Shown: positions 37,594 to 50,969 of the stretch, in pieces | Numbering within the stretch: the first letter of the stretch is position 1 | Layout of the letters: each line of letters begins with the position of its first letter | Source of the DNA: Squalus acanthias | Taxonomy: Eukaryota | Assembly: GCA_030390025.1 (NCBI GenBank) | Contig: CM059448.1 | Coordinates: 6,386,001 to 6,450,000 of the forward strand | Length of the DNA stretch: 64,000 nucleotides | Reading direction: 5' to 3' | The notes under the pieces: generated by a model | Told to the model about the DNA's origin: nothing | Database searches by the model: none | The model's input: the letters and a program-made list of their open reading frames with translations, nothing else | Made by a program: the position numbers and the translations under genes

Positions 37594-38699
37594 GTAAGCC
37601 TAAAGGATACTTTTATTCTCTATTCAGATGTTGTTTATCCTGTATGATGGAACAGCATACACTGTGATGGAGTATTCACATTTTTATAGTTACAGGTACA
37701 GCTCTCCTTTTGTAATTGATAAACCTGAAAATATAGAACCCACAGACTTGCCTGTCTGATGAGCTGAATGGATTGAATTATCCACTTGGATGTGTTTGTT
37801 GGCATCTTCGTTCTGGTTATCCAGTTTAGCCATTTAAGATTTGAACCATCCAATTAGGGGTTTTGGGATTAACTAGCTGATTGACCAATATTTGTTAGTG
37901 TCCCCAGCTCTAAGATAATGTGTCTTTCTTGTAGCACAGTGTATTGGAGCACCAGGTTGCATTGCCCGAGCAGAGGAAGAAACGGGAATAATTTCCACCA
38001 TGTCACTGAGTTGTCGATCTCCACCGCTTTGCAGGTGCCGCCCGACAGCAGTTACAGAAATCAGAGGAGGGGAATCACTCTGCTGTGGCCCGATTCACAC
38101 TGATGTTGGCAGAGGTCTGCGGGCAGGTCACCTGCATGCTTGTCAGACTGCAGGTGGTTGTGCTGGGGGAGAAAATCAAGAGATTCATATTGGCAGGCAT
38201 GCTCTCACACCTTATTTCTGTAATGACTAAGAAATATACCAATCCATTTTAAACAAGCAAAAAAGATTAAGAATGCCATGCAGTAAATCTGGTCATCTTG
38301 GTACTTGCATAAGTAAATCGTGAGAACTGCCAATATGACTTTCGATAATTAAAAAAAAATGTTTTGGTTTAATTGGTATGGTCAGTGCAAAACGATTTTA
38401 AAGATATTTTCTAAACCTGTAGGCTGTTCTCACTCTTCCATCTCTGCACTGTTGTCTTCGGTTAGGCAATCATACTGTTTGAGTTTAGGGAAGCACTGGA
38501 GAAAGTGGACACTTAACTAATTGACTAGTTGCCGTACAGTTGCTATATGCTGTTAACTTTTAAGTCCTTTTGGGTAGCTGAATTTTGCTTTTGCTTTACC
38601 ATCCAAGTAATCTGTTACCAAATTTCAGTCTGTTTTCCAGGTATCCAGAATCTTGATATGTTTTTGAGCTTCAGTATTTGTACTGTTGTAACATTCAAC

Positions 38700-39377
38700 C
38701 CTGAAGGCAGCAGGACAGGTAGATAAGGTGGTTAAAAAGGCATGTGGGATACTTGCCTTCATTAGCCGAGGCATAGAATATAAGAGCAGGGAGGTCATGA
38801 TGGAGCTGTACAAAACGCTAGTTAGGCCACAGCTGGAATACTGTGTGCAGTTCTGGTCGCCACACTATAGGAAGGATGTGATTGCATTGGAGAGGGTGCA
38901 GAGGAGATTCACCAGGATGTTACCTGGGCTGGAGTGCTTCAGCTATGAAGAGAGACTGGACAGGCTGGGGTTGTTTTCTTTAGAGCAGAGAAGGCTGAGG
39001 GGGCACCTGATTGAGGTGTACAAAATTATGAGGGGCATCGATAGGGTAGATAGAAAGGAACTTTTCCCCTTAGTAGAGGGGTCAATAACCAGGGGGCATA
39101 GTTTCAAGGTAAGGGGCAGGAGGTTTAGAGGGGATTTGAGGAAAAACTTTTTCACCCAGAAGGTGGTTGGAATCTGGAACTCACTGCCTGAAGGGGTGGT
39201 AGAGGCAGGAACCTTCACAACATCCATGAAGCATTTAGATGAGCACTTGAAACGCCATAGCATACAAGGCTACGGACCAAGTGCTGGAAAATGGGATTAG
39301 AATGGACAGGGCTTGATGGCCGGCGCGGACACGATGGGCCGAAGGGCCTCTTTCTGTGCTGTATAACTCTATGACTC
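38700..39377 (+). mobile_element. CR1 LINE 3' fragment, young (190-aa uninterrupted ORF2 C-terminus)
   Basis: LYKTLVRPQLEYCVQFWSPHYRKDVIALERVQRRFTRMLPG..WNSLPEGVVEAG. Tail GGGCCGAAGGGCCTC..CTCTATGACTC. Confidence 0.92.
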
Positions 39378-39847
39378 AATTGCACTGATATTTAATCTAA
39401 GATCTGCAGTGCATTGTATTTGCAATTGCAATGCAGCTACCTAACATTACTACATTTGTCAGGGTAAGGTGAAAGTGTAGGTTTGTCCTACCTTCAGGTT
39501 TGCTCCCATCACCTTTTATCTTCCAAGAAGTACACCCATTTTTGCCACACAGTCAGGGTGTCTATTCTTCAGACCAAAGGGCAGGGGTGCAGCATGCCGA
39601 ATATTTAGAGACTGCATCACTTGCGCTGCTTTGAGCCAGCTCCTGGGTAGATAATTGTGATCGGTGAAGTTAGCGAGTAGTCTGTAAGTGTGCTAATTCC
39701 ATTCTCATTAGATAACCACAAAAACATTTTTTTAAACAAGGGACACTTTTTTTATTGTCAAAAATACATGGTATTTTAATTTTAAGCTACTATACACAAT
39801 TAGTGGCTTGAAAGTATTACGTTGATATTTTTCCTTCCTTTTCATAG

Positions 39848-39884
39848 TACTGCAATGGAGGTGACCTGGCAGATTATCTGCAAG
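39848..39884 (+). CDS. ULK2: ULK2 exon 5 (YCNGGDLADYLQ)
   Basis: TTTTCATAG| ... CAAG|GTAAGT, 37 nt, ends in phase 1. Confidence 0.96.
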
Positions 39885-41189
39885 GTAAGTTAAAACGTTC
39901 CTTATTACAATTGATGTGAGCATTAGCTCCTATAGTTGGATAGTGTTCAAAGGATTAGTGTTCTAAACTGTGATGCAGTGATAGCTGCTGACCTCATCAA
40001 TATGAAATGGATAAATTCAGCACTTCCCTATTTAAATACATTTGCTTGTATACTGAGACTTTGAAGTTTGTAAATTGAAAATTTGAGACCATAGGGTATC
40101 AGTAACTTTGAAACTTTGTAGTTTCCTGTGCTGCAAAATACTGTTCAGATTTCAGTTTCCCTTTTGTACTTCAGTTTTGTTTGAAACACCATGTTCTGTT
40201 CTTCCTCTCCCACTACTGGGGTCAGGATTCAGCGCAGTTCCCTTGCTTTCTTTTGAGAGCGAGCAGAGCCCGATTATGTTGGAAGAATTCAAGTTGGAGT
40301 CAGTTGTGCACTGTTGTACTGATCAACTGCTATTTAGGTGTACACATTGTTGGATTCTAGCGTTTCGAGTGTACCCAGATACATTTGCATAACTGAAAAT
40401 ATTTGTTCAGTTTTGCATCATTGTTCATGCTGCATAATTTGAATTTTTACTTTATAATCTTCACTTTATGGCAGATACAGAGTTGGTAGGTCAGGGCATG
40501 CTATCTGTAGATTAAACTGAGTCTGCAGCAATAACAGCCTCTGGTGGAAATTTCTTGAATTTAAGATGGAGGATGGAGGGAAAGTTGAATACTCTGAAAA
40601 TATTTGTATTGTAATTGCTTCACAGTAATTGGTGCTCTGATGTATAATCTTCATGACCAAAGACATTTCGACAATGTCCTTTTTAGATTTCAATTGGTTG
40701 AATTCTAGGTTATAGCCACAGTATTGGAAAAACAGGTACTTACAAAATGCCACAACATTTATTCTTAAATTCCTCTAAGCTGCTGAAATGAAGTAACAAC
40801 AGGGTAATAAAAGCATGATCTCCCACTTTTCCAAACCCTGAGCTGGAAAATAACATTGTCTTCACTGGGTGTATCTTCTACTTTATAACTGATCCTCTGC
40901 TTTAAATCAGAGATAAATTTGATTACCTTGCATCATTATTAGAACAGATCATTTTGTCATTCAGGATGAGTGCGTAATCGAGATGTTTTTGGGGCAAAGA
41001 AGTTAAACTGTATTTCATGCTAAAGTCCAACTCTATAGAAGTAAAGATGTTCTATCCACAGCTTTGTAATTATATTGACTGTCAGGGATGTTTTGACGTT
41101 CAGATCTGCACAAACGGTTCCATGCGGAAGGGGAAACAGACCTGCTCGGTCCTGCCCTGCACCAAGCCGCACCTCTTGTTGTGAATGAG

Positions 41190-41435
41190 CAGGATGCAGT
41201 ATTGTCAGTCAAAAACTGAAAGTGCTGGAAACACTGAGCAGATCAGGCAGCATTTGTGAAGAGAACAGAGGAGTTAATGTTTCAGACGTGGACCCTTCAT
41301 CAAATTCGTTGTGACAACAGGTTCACACCCAAAGCGTAAACACTCCGATCTTTCCACAGATACTGCCTGATCTGAGTGTTTCCAGTATTGCCTATTTCAG
41401 TCTCAGATTTCCAGTATCTGCAGCTTTTTGCTTTG
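41190..41435. mobile_element. Degenerate inverted pair of Penelope family A pLTR units
   Basis: GCTGGAAACACTGAGCAGATCAGGCAGCAT ... ATACTGCCTGATCTGAGTGTTTCCAG inverted repeat with decayed hammerhead cores between the arms. Confidence 0.65.
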
Positions 41436-41582
41436 AGACTAGGGTTTTTTTTTGTAGTTTGTTTCAAAAATCTAGTTAACTGCTTACACTTCTAGAAATA
41501 GCCCTGCAGTTGTATAGTGCCTCTGATATCAGCAGATTATACCCCAGATTTTGTATTAAAACGAATTCTTTATTTTGAATAG

Positions 41583-41756
41583 CCAAAGGGACACTTAGCG
41601 AAGACACCATTAGAGTCTTTCTCCAGCAGATCGCAGCTGCTATGCGAATACTTCACAACAAAGGAATAATCCATCGAGATCTGAAACCACAGAATATTCT
41701 ACTGTCCTATGTCAGCCGGAAAAAATCTACTATGAATGGCATTCGTGTCAAAATAG
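41583..41756 (+). CDS. ULK2: ULK2 exon 6 ([58 protein letters not shown]), catalytic loop
   Basis: GAATAG| ... ATAG|GTAAAG, 174 nt, HRDLKPQN. Confidence 0.97.
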
Positions 41757-42149
41757 GTAAAGCTAAAAGATTGTTGTTGTCTTTAGCAAAGTCAGTCTTG
41801 TGTGAAGCATTACTTGCAGGTTGCAGTCCCCCCGCCCCCCCCTTTGAAGAATTGGAGATTGCACTGTCTTGCTCTTAAATGTTTTAGCTGAATTTTCTGA
41901 ATGGTTCCTTGATAGTTTTGTGCCGGAGTGTTCAAGTTTTTTCTCTGTGAGCTGCGCCTTGGGAGCTACAGTGTTCTCATTAATCTACATCCATCTCGAG
42001 CTACTTATTCCACGGATTGTGGTGTTCTCAATGAGGGAGCAGCCCTTTCCACACCTTCTAATGGGACAAAACAAAAAATAAGAAATAGAAGCTCAAACTG
42101 AACTGAGTTGCCTGAGCTTTATGGGCAGAATTGTTAGATTCGAGGGTCA

Positions 42150-42605
42150 AAAATGGCTCGCAGGCCACAGTGTGGACACTTCTGGCCTTGAGTAAAACCC
42201 AGAGTCTAGTGTTGTACTGTCACAAAGTCTCGTGTTCAATTCGCTGTTGGTGCTGAGTTAGAAAGCAGCTGTGCATTTAAATAGGATCTTACGACATGTC
42301 TCAAACACCTTGAAGCACTTGCCCTACATTGAATTACTTTGAAAGGAAGTCGGCGCTAGCAGCAGTAGGGTGCTACAGTTTGCCTCAATGCTCCTGGCCT
42401 ATGAAAGAGGTAAAATAGGCAGGAATCCTGCTCACGATTGGTATCCAGTGACTCTTGCTGGAAAGCGTGTGATGCCTGTTGACAGCAGGATTGCTTGGCT
42501 ATGATAGTTTAACAACTTTCCAACATTCTTCCTGGGCAAGATGCTGGCACTAGTGGAGCTGGTCCCCAGCAAGAGTCAGGACCTTCAGAAGAAGAGGGGA
42601 GATTT
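42150..42605 (+). mobile_element. LF-SINE-like element (with a short DeuSINE-tail insertion at about 42265-42345)
   Basis: GTGCTGAGTTAG..GCAGTAGGGTGCTACAGTTTGCCTCA..CCTGCTC..TATCCAGTGACTCTTGCTGGAAAG..CCCCAGCAAGAGTCAG..CTTCAG matches the recalled LF-SINE consensus. Confidence 0.65.
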
Positions 42606-43209
42606 TTTTTTTTAATTACTAAATGAGAACAGATGCCTTGACGGCAGCTAATTCAAGTGGCATGAGGGATTTAATCTAGGACTGCTCTCTTTGAGAAACT
42701 TGGCACAACACTTATTTACTGCTGCACCACACATTCTCCCGGGAAGTTCCAAGAATTCCTATTCTGGGTTGAGTAATTCCAAGCACATAGATTATTTACA
42801 ACTTTGCTGAAAGGCAAGCACGGATGTGCTTGGGTATAAACAGAGGCATCACGCTGACAAAACGGCGGGCAGTGTCATACTCCATTTATGGCAGTTATTT
42901 GGTAAACAGAATAATTTGGTCCATACTGCATAAACTAAATACTCCGATGTAATTCCAGAGTTTCAAATTAAACACAAATTGCAGGTCACTCATTATCTCA
43001 AGAAAAGAACATCAGAACTGAAGAGTCCACACTTCTCTTTGGATGCTGTTGGACATGCTGTCTGTGTATTTCCAGTGTTTTCTGTTTTTATTTCAGATTC
43101 AGTTTTTTTTTGTCTTTTTTCTGGCTGCAAGTATTTTGTTCCTGGCAGTGTCCAAGAACAAGCAACTGGTTTTTTAAAGAGGCAGTCAGCTCTTGTACAG
43201 ATTTGAATA

Positions 43210-43733
43210 ATGCCTTATCTGAGGAAGGATGTTCTTGCCATGGAAGGAGTTCAGCGAAGATTCACAAGGCTGATACCTGGGATGGCAGGAATGACATATG
43301 AGGAGAGATTGGGTCGATTGGGCTTATACTCGCTGGAGTATAGAAGAATGAGAGGGGATCTCATCGAAACATATAAAATTCTGACAGGTCTGGACAAACT
43401 AGATGCAGGAAGAATGTTCCCGATGGTCGGAGAGTCCAGAACCAGGGGTCATAATCTAAGGATAAGGGGTAAGCCATTTAGGACAGAAATGAGGAAGAAT
43501 TTCTTCACCCAGAGAGTGGTGAACCTGTGGAATTCTCTACCACAGAAGTTAGTTGAGGCCAAGTCATTAAATCTATTCAAGAATGAGTTAGATATATTTC
43601 ATAAAGGTATCAAGGGATATGGGGAGAAGGCAGGTACAGGGTACTGAGTTTGGATGATCAGCCATGATCTCATCGAATGGCGGAGCAGGCTCGAGGGGCC
43701 GAATGGCCTACTCCACCTCCTATCTTCTATGTT
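43210..43733 (+). mobile_element. CR1 LINE 3' fragment (tail shared with the V-SINE copies)
   Basis: 145-aa ORF PYLRKDVLAMEGVQRRFTRLIPG..FFTQRVVNLWNSLP. Tail CAGGGTACTG..GATCAGCCATGATC..GGCCGAATGGCCTACTCC. Confidence 0.92.
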
Positions 43734-44159
43734 GATTAAATGTGCAATTTTGTTATCACCGCCCCATTTTAAAAATAGTTGCAAAGATCTGTCATTATTT
43801 TAATATCCATTTTGTGTATTTTTTTACTTTTGATCATATTCCTTATCCCTTTTTTTAAGTGCCAGTAAATGCTATCAATTGAACTGACATGGAGGAGTGA
43901 CTTACAAGTTTGTTTTGAGTCATCTGCCCAGCCATGTTACAACCATTCTAATTAAGTTTTAAACTTCCATCGGATACATACGAGATTCTTCATTCATTCC
44001 AGTTCCTTGAATATGACTATCTTTAGTTACTGAGAAGGCTGCGTTGCACTGCAGATACATTTTTCTCTTGAAATTACATCTTTATGACTGCTTTGCTTCA
44101 GTTACAACTGTGTTTTGATGTGACACAGTAAGAACCTTGACAATATTCCCTGCTTCTTC

Positions 44160-44520
44160 AGAATTTCCTCATTACCAATCAATACCACTTTAAAGAAAAA
44201 TAACTGGCCATTCATCTCATCACTGTTTGTGGGGTCTTCGCTGTGTGCAAAATGACTGCTACATATGACTACATAAGTTACTGTACTTCACAGTAATTTA
44301 CTATATGTAAAGGGCTTTGAGATGTTTGGGACATGATGAGATAAGAACACAAGAATTAGGAGCAGGAGTCGGCCATACGGCCCTTCGAGCCAGCTCCGCC
44401 ATTCAATAAGATCACGGCTGATCTTTGACCTCAACTCCACTTTCCCTCCCGATCCCCATATCCCTTGATTCCCTTAGAGTTGAAAAATCTATCTATCTCA
44501 GATGCTGTATACTTGCAAGT
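44160..44520. mobile_element. DeuSINE 3' part (+) interrupted by a CR1 tail (-, about 44340-44500)
   Basis: CATCTCATCACTGTTTGTGGG..GTGCAAAATGACTGC block. The SINE tail resumes as GATGCTGTATACTTGCAAGT after the insert. Confidence 0.6.
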
Positions 44521-44641
44521 CTTTCCTTCCTTTAAGTTTGTTTTCTTTAGTCAGATGTTGTTGGTGGGGGGGTGGGGGTGAACATCATGTGTTTCAAATT
44601 ATTGAAAGTATTGCAGTACATTTCTTTGTATTTCCCTGCAG

Positions 44642-44715
44642 CTGACTTTGGCTTTGCCCGGTATTTACAGAGTAACATGATGGCTGCCACTCTTTGTGGG
44701 TCTCCCATGTACATG
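44642..44715 (+). CDS. ULK2: ULK2 exon 7 ([25 protein letters not shown]), DFG and activation loop
   Basis: TTCCCTGCAG| ... ATG|GTGAGT, 74 nt. Confidence 0.97.
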
Positions 44716-46284
44716 GTGAGTGAAGTATCAGCATGTTTTCTTCTGAGTGGGTGGCGATTGTTGCAGAAATGTTGCATATCTCGTGCAGCACTGTGGTTTT
44801 TATAATTGAGTAATTATATGTACTTGTTCTTGCAATCTGTTACTACTTGTATATATTGTTTCAGCCTTCCCCCTGCTCTCCACCCCCCCCCCCCTTCAGA
44901 TAGCAGGAAATCCAACTTAGACACAGAATGGTAAGATACAGGTTTGTGCCTCAGAGCTTGGTTGGGGGAGGGTGTCTTAAGTGCTGAGTAAATTAGCTAC
45001 TTCCATTATAAAGGGGCAAATGCAAAGCCAAATTACCTCTCAGTGCCTTTGAGCATCTCCTTGTAACTAAGTAGTGTGGCATTAATGGGACTAATTGCCT
45101 GGCTGCCTACCCTCTTGGCTAGAATATGGTGTGGAGCATGTAGAAACCTCGAGCAAGAGAATGCAAGGAGTGGTAAATGTGTAACTAACATCAACTTGAT
45201 CTCCATTAGAAATCCATTAGGATGCTGCAGCTTGATGTCACACACCCATTGGTTTTCCTCAGTGTTCTCCTCAACTGTGTAATCTACTCTCCCTGGTGCA
45301 ACAACATAAGCTGTTTTACTGGGGTGATGGTAGGGAGGAGGGTGAGGGAGAAACAGGAGGAGATGGTATGCCTCATAATACAATAAGTTACAATCTGTAG
45401 GAAGTTAATTTTGGGATTGTATATGGACTTTTTGACTTGGCTATTGTGCACATAGAGATTACCACATGGGTCAGTTGGGTCTGAGTTTAAATGTAATATT
45501 GTACTGGGATTTGGTGAGAAAATTTAAAGAGATGGAGGAGAATGACTGCTGAGTGCAGTGATTTTGCAGGTTGGCAGTGGTGGGGATTATACGTTATGGG
45601 TTTGAATATAGCTTCAGAAGGGATTGTTTCTGTGGGGGTGGGGTGGTGTTTAAGGGTTTTTTGACACTTTCACCTGTTGTACTTGGTTGGTTTCTTCACC
45701 TTTCCTGAAATTTGAATGGGGTGAAAACGTGGCACTGGGTCACGTGGCACACCTTATGTTGATGGAAAATAGTCAAGTGGGAAAGTGTTACCACACTGCT
45801 CAAGCCATATCCGCTGCACAATTGTGTATAAATTTGTCCCTGCTCATATTATTCCATGTGTATTGTGAGTTATGCATTACGTGCTACAGTGCAAAAAATT
45901 ATTCAGTCGTAGGTCTGTTGATCTTGAATGATGAGGGAAATACCAAAACGATAAAGGTGGCGAGTGTAAGAATCAGCCAGTTTCTTTCTTGTGATTCTGG
46001 CAACTGATTAGTCCCTGTTAAGCATGTGATAGATAATACGCGGTTATATTGACCGGGGGGGGGGGGGGGGGGAAATCTACATAGACACTTAAAGATGGAA
46101 ACCATTTTATTAATTATATCTTGGTGACAAAGAAAATAACTTCAGATTGGGAAAATACACCAAGCTTGGAGCATTCTGTTGTTGGGGCGTTTAATGGAAT
46201 ACGTAATTAAAGCTAGGATAGGGACTGTAATAAGATTTAATGGCTTTTCCCTCCATTGTACTATTGATATTTCTTCTGTTTCAG

Positions 46285-46386
46285 GCACCTGAGGTCATCA
46301 TGTCGCAACATTATGATGGCAAGGCAGACCTCTGGAGTATAGGCACTGTAATATTTCAATGCCTTGTTGGCAAGCCTCCTTTCCAG
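46285..46386 (+). CDS. ULK2: ULK2 exon 8 ([34 protein letters not shown])
   Basis: TTCTGTTTCAG| ... CAG|GTAGAT, 102 nt. Confidence 0.97.
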
Positions 46387-47617
46387 GTAGATATCGAGAG
46401 GAAGATGCTTTTATAGGATGCACCTTTGGATGTTTTGATACAATTTGATTTTATTTTTTCAAATGGTGCAGTAGTTTGTGTAAAGTGCAGTAGAAATTCC
46501 ATTATCTGCCATAGTGAAAGGACCCCCTCCCACCACTTTGGGGGTAATGGACATTAGGTAATCAAGAGTAGCCACATTTAACACTTTGCACATATGGTAC
46601 AACAATATGGTAGGCATGGGCACGAAGACAAAAACAGTACAAATATAGAAGAGAAACATTATGTAGCTTTATGCATATACGTGGATGACTGGGTAATGTG
46701 ACACCTCACACAAGGCTTTGTCCTGTGCGAAATGGGTGTTTACAGTGCAAGTGGCAGAGGTTTAACTATACTGAAACTCGTCTTGTTATTGTTAAACATT
46801 ACAGTTACCATGTTGGCAGGTAAACAAATGGATCTTAAATTTTTGGCAATGAGCCTTGCTCACAGAGTTCTTTCGCTGGGAATGACTTGCAGGACATGTT
46901 AATAGAGTTAGTGCACATGCTTATTTTTAATCTTGATTTCTCAAATTTCCTCTTCTTTGAAGAGCTCTTTCTTCTAAGATGAAAGAGAATCCTGGATAAC
47001 ATGGATTGTATGAGATATTTATTCAAGGGTGTGCATGTCCACAATGGGGTACATAAATCCTTCAGTACCAGTTAGAAGAGTTGAATATTACTGAGGAACA
47101 TAAACACCAGATGCAGTAGGGGAAGGTGGGGGGAGGGGATGCAATAAGCTGCCCACTCTCTTAACAGGATGGTATGTGGCATGGGAGACTACAGTTTATA
47201 AAAAAAGTTGCATTTATATAGCACCGTTCACGTCACTTAGGATGTCCCAAAGTACTTTACACATATTGCATAACTTGTTGAAGTGCAATCGCTATTGCCA
47301 TGCACACAAGCAAAATGAAGGAAGGGATATAATACTTAATTTATTTATTTTCGCACACTGCAGGATAAAGCAGATAAACATTCATCAGCTTATTATGACA
47401 TCAGAATTAGGTCACGTACACTAAACTAATGACTATAGCTATCTGTGCAATGTCTGTTCAGCAGTTCAGTGTTTTAGAATATAGAATTTGAAATATTTGG
47501 CATATTACTCGATGCTTACACCCATCGGGGCAATTTCTTAATGGTTATTGTTCTCTCTCGGTTAACTGAACCAGCACCTAATTTACATTTTGAAGTTGGA
47601 ATGTCTTTTTGTTGTAG

Positions 47618-47676
47618 GCTAACAGCCCACAAGATTTAAGGCTCTTCTATGAGAAGAACAAGACTTTAGTGCCTAA
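47618..47676 (+). CDS. ULK2: ULK2 exon 9 (ANSPQDLRLFYEKNKTLVPN)
   Basis: TTGTTGTAG| ... CTAA|GTGAGT, 59 nt, ends in phase 2. Confidence 0.96.
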
Positions 47677-47870
47677 GTGAGTGTCTACCTACTTAATCTT
47701 TCATCTAAAAAAAAATCTAAAATAAGTTTGACATAAGTGTGTTGTGGTCATCTTTTGTGAGGTGTAAACCTGTTTTTCCATGAGTGGGAATGCAGAGTGG
47801 TACATATTATGTATCATAGAATGCGGGTTTCTGGAAAACGTAGCCACAATGCTCTTCCTCTTTCTGTTTT

Positions 47871-48340
47871 ACATAGAAACTAGGAGCAGGAGTAGGCCAT
47901 TCGGCCCGTCGAGCCTGCTCCACCATTCAATACGATCATGGCTGATCATCCAAATCCAGTACCCTGTCCCTACTTTCTCACACAGAATCCCCACAGTATA
48001 GATAGAGGCCATCTCGGCCCATCGAGCCTGCACCAACACATATCCCACCCTATCCCCGTAACCCCACGTATTTAATTCCCCCTAACATATCCCATCCTAT
48101 CCCCGTAACCCCACATATTTAATCCCCCCCTAACACTAAGGGTCAATTTATCATAGCCAAATCAACCTAACCCGCACATTTTTTGGACTGTGGGAGGAAA
48201 CCGGAGCACCCGGAGGAAACCCACGCTGACACAGGGAGAATGTGCAAACTCCACACAGACAGTCACCCGAGGCCAGATTCGAACCCGGGTCCCTGGCGCT
48301 GTGAGGCACCAGTGCTAACCACTATGCCACCGTGTTGCCC
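47871..48340 (-). mobile_element. V-SINE (HE1-like), full length, young
   Basis: Near-identical to 54778-55223 and the reverse complement of 24100-24520. Confidence 0.9.
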
Positions 48341-49262
48341 GGGACTTGGTACAATTTTCTGTCATCAGTTTTAGAAGGATTGTGTCCAGGGCTGTTCCAC
48401 AGAACTGGGATGGACAAAAAATATTCATCCCACATGTTCATCATAGAATTCAGTTCTGAACAGTCAAAAGTAAAAGATTACGTTTCAGTGTATATAGGTA
48501 GAAGGGAACTTCTTGCTGGCCATATTCTTAGAGATTGCTGCTATTAATTTTGCTTGGAGATTTACTTTGAGGACTGAAATGAGTTCCGAATTAAACTCTA
48601 CTTATTTGTGATTAGGATTATACTATTGTTGCTTAGCCATTGTATTATTGTCCTTTTGAACAACTTATTTCTTTGAACTGTCTAAGGTGTTGGAGCTAGG
48701 AAATTGAACACTTCCTAGCTCTGTGTCGTCACTGAGCACTAATGGATCTGTTCTAGCACTGCTGCACGCAGTGAAAACTCTCTCCCTATAGCTTCAATAA
48801 CATGCTCTAACTCTGACCTGAGAAGCGCACTCCATGCTGCAACACTGAAATTTTCAATTTCCCGCATCATCCGCCCTTAAGATCTATCTAAATGAGCTTG
48901 TTAATTTGAATCAAATTGTTAGCCGTTCTATGCTGTAAAACCAGACTTCCCCTGCAGAATCACATGACCGTTAAAGCCAAGAGCAGAAGCTTCAATCCCA
49001 TCATATAATTGGAAAGTATTGCATAGTTTCATGTGCTGATGTCTTTACTAAGGAATGTGGACTTGGTAAACATGGGGAGAACGGAGTTTAGAATTATTGA
49101 CCAATTGACAGGGCAGATAGATGTAGTGTGGTGAGCTTCAGTTACAGCATTACTTTCCCTCACTCAAATATTAAAGCCGGGCATGCTTAATTTTATTGTT
49201 TGGTCTTGCATTATTGCCTCCCTTTGTTTTCTACTGGTGATGGTGATTTATTTATCAAACAG

Positions 49263-49345
49263 CATCCCAAGTGAAACTTCTAGTCACCTGGGTGGCCTAT
49301 TGCTTGGCTTGCTTCAGAGAAACCAGAAGGACAGAATGGATTTTG
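49263..49345 (+). CDS. ULK2: ULK2 exon 10 ([27 protein letters not shown])
   Basis: CAAACAG| ... TTTG|GTGAGT, 83 nt. Confidence 0.96.
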
Positions 49346-49449
49346 GTGAGTTACTAATTTTCAGTTTCCTTATTTAATATTATATTTGCAGTCTTTTGGA
49401 TCTAGTGGATCTCAATTCAATCATTCAATTCTTTGTTGTATTGAAATCA

Positions 49450-50220
49450 TACCTTCTCCATCACCAAGACCGCCTACTTCCACCTCTAATATTACCCGTC
49501 TCCGCCTTTGCCTGAGCTCATCTGCTGAAATCCTCATCCATGCCTTTTGTTACCTGTAGACTTGACTATTCCAATGCTCTCTTAGCTGGCCTCCCACCTT
49601 TTGCACCCTCTGTAAACTTAAGCTCATCCAAAACACTGCTGCCCGTATCCCAACTCGCACCAAAATCCTTTTACCGATCACTTCTGTGCTCGCTGACCTA
49701 CATTGGCTCCCGGTCCATCAATTTTAAAATTCTCATAATTGTTTTAAATTGCTCCATGGCCTCGACACTCCCTATCTCTGTAATCTTCTCTAGCTCCACA
49801 ACCCTCCGAGATCTCTGCACTCTTCCAATTCTGGCCTCTTGCGTACCCCCAATTGTCATCGCTGGACCATTGGTGGCTGTGCCTTCAGCTGCCTCGGCCC
49901 GAAGCTTTAGAATTCCCTCCTTAAACTTCTTTGCCTCTCTACCTCTCCATTCTCCTTTTAAGATGCTCCTTAAAAAACCTACCTGTTTGACCAAGCTTTT
50001 GGTTACCTGTCCTAACAGAAAGAACTTGCATTTGTATAGCACCTTTATCGTAGTAAAGCTTCCTAAGGTGCTTAACAGGAGTGTTATCATCAAACAAAAT
50101 TTAACACCAAGCCACATGAGCTATTAGGACAGGTGACCAAAAAGGTAGGTTTAAAGGAGGATGGAGCGCCTTGGGGCGTTTTACTACGTTAAAGGCACTA
50201 TATAAATGCAAGTTGTTGTA
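49450..50220 (+). mobile_element. L2 LINE 3' fragment with an inverted L2 tail inserted at about 50015-50165
   Basis: CRLDYSNALLAG motif. Terminal tail GGCACTATATAAATGCAAGTTGTTG and internal reverse tail AACTTGCATTTGTATAGCAC. Confidence 0.85.
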
Positions 50221-50918
50221 TTATGTTAATATTGTATGATACATTGTTAAATTAGAGTTTGTGCACCATCCTTGTGATGTACATATTTATTAAAAAGAAA
50301 CACTGTTTTCTACCCACAACCACAATCTTCTTCCCCAGTCTTGAGGTAGGAAAGGACTACCCAGAAATGGCATGACTGCATGTTTGTCAGCCTGCTTACA
50401 GGCCCACTTGGGCAATGCAGAGGGGGAATCCACCCCAACCAGTATAATAGCACTTTCCGTGAGACGCTGGCTCTGGTTGACAAGCTCGTCCCCCAGGGGA
50501 AGGCGACTGTCTGCCAATACTGGAGCTCATACAGGAGTTCCTAATTGAATCTAATTTTGTAGTTCACATGGGTGTTCTTTCAATTTCTGTACAGTAGAAA
50601 TTAACAGTTTACTTTGAACTTCATACTTGAATCCCAACTGGCTGTTGTGTTTGACTCAGATCACCAGTTGTGCTTTACTTCTACAGTACCATTTACATTT
50701 GTGTGCAATAAGAGGATTGAATGTTGAGTTTAAAATGCCATGTTTTACAGACAACCAATATATTTACAATACCTTTGAGTCAAATGATTCATATATTTAT
50801 AGCTTGTAATATCTGTTCACTGGAATCTCCTCAAGAGTTTGAGGTAGCTCAAAACCACCAGAATTTTAGAACTTCAAAGAATAAAAGTTAGCGCAAACTC
50901 TGAATTTTTGTTTTGCAG

Positions 50919-50969
50919 AAACATTCTTTAACCATCCTTTCATGGATCAAACATCGTCGGTCAAAAAAT
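50919..50969 (+). CDS. ULK2: ULK2 exon 11 (ETFFNHPFMDQTSSVKK), end of kinase domain
   Basis: TTTTGCAG| ... AAAT|GTAAGT, 51 nt, phase 1-1. Confidence 0.94.
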
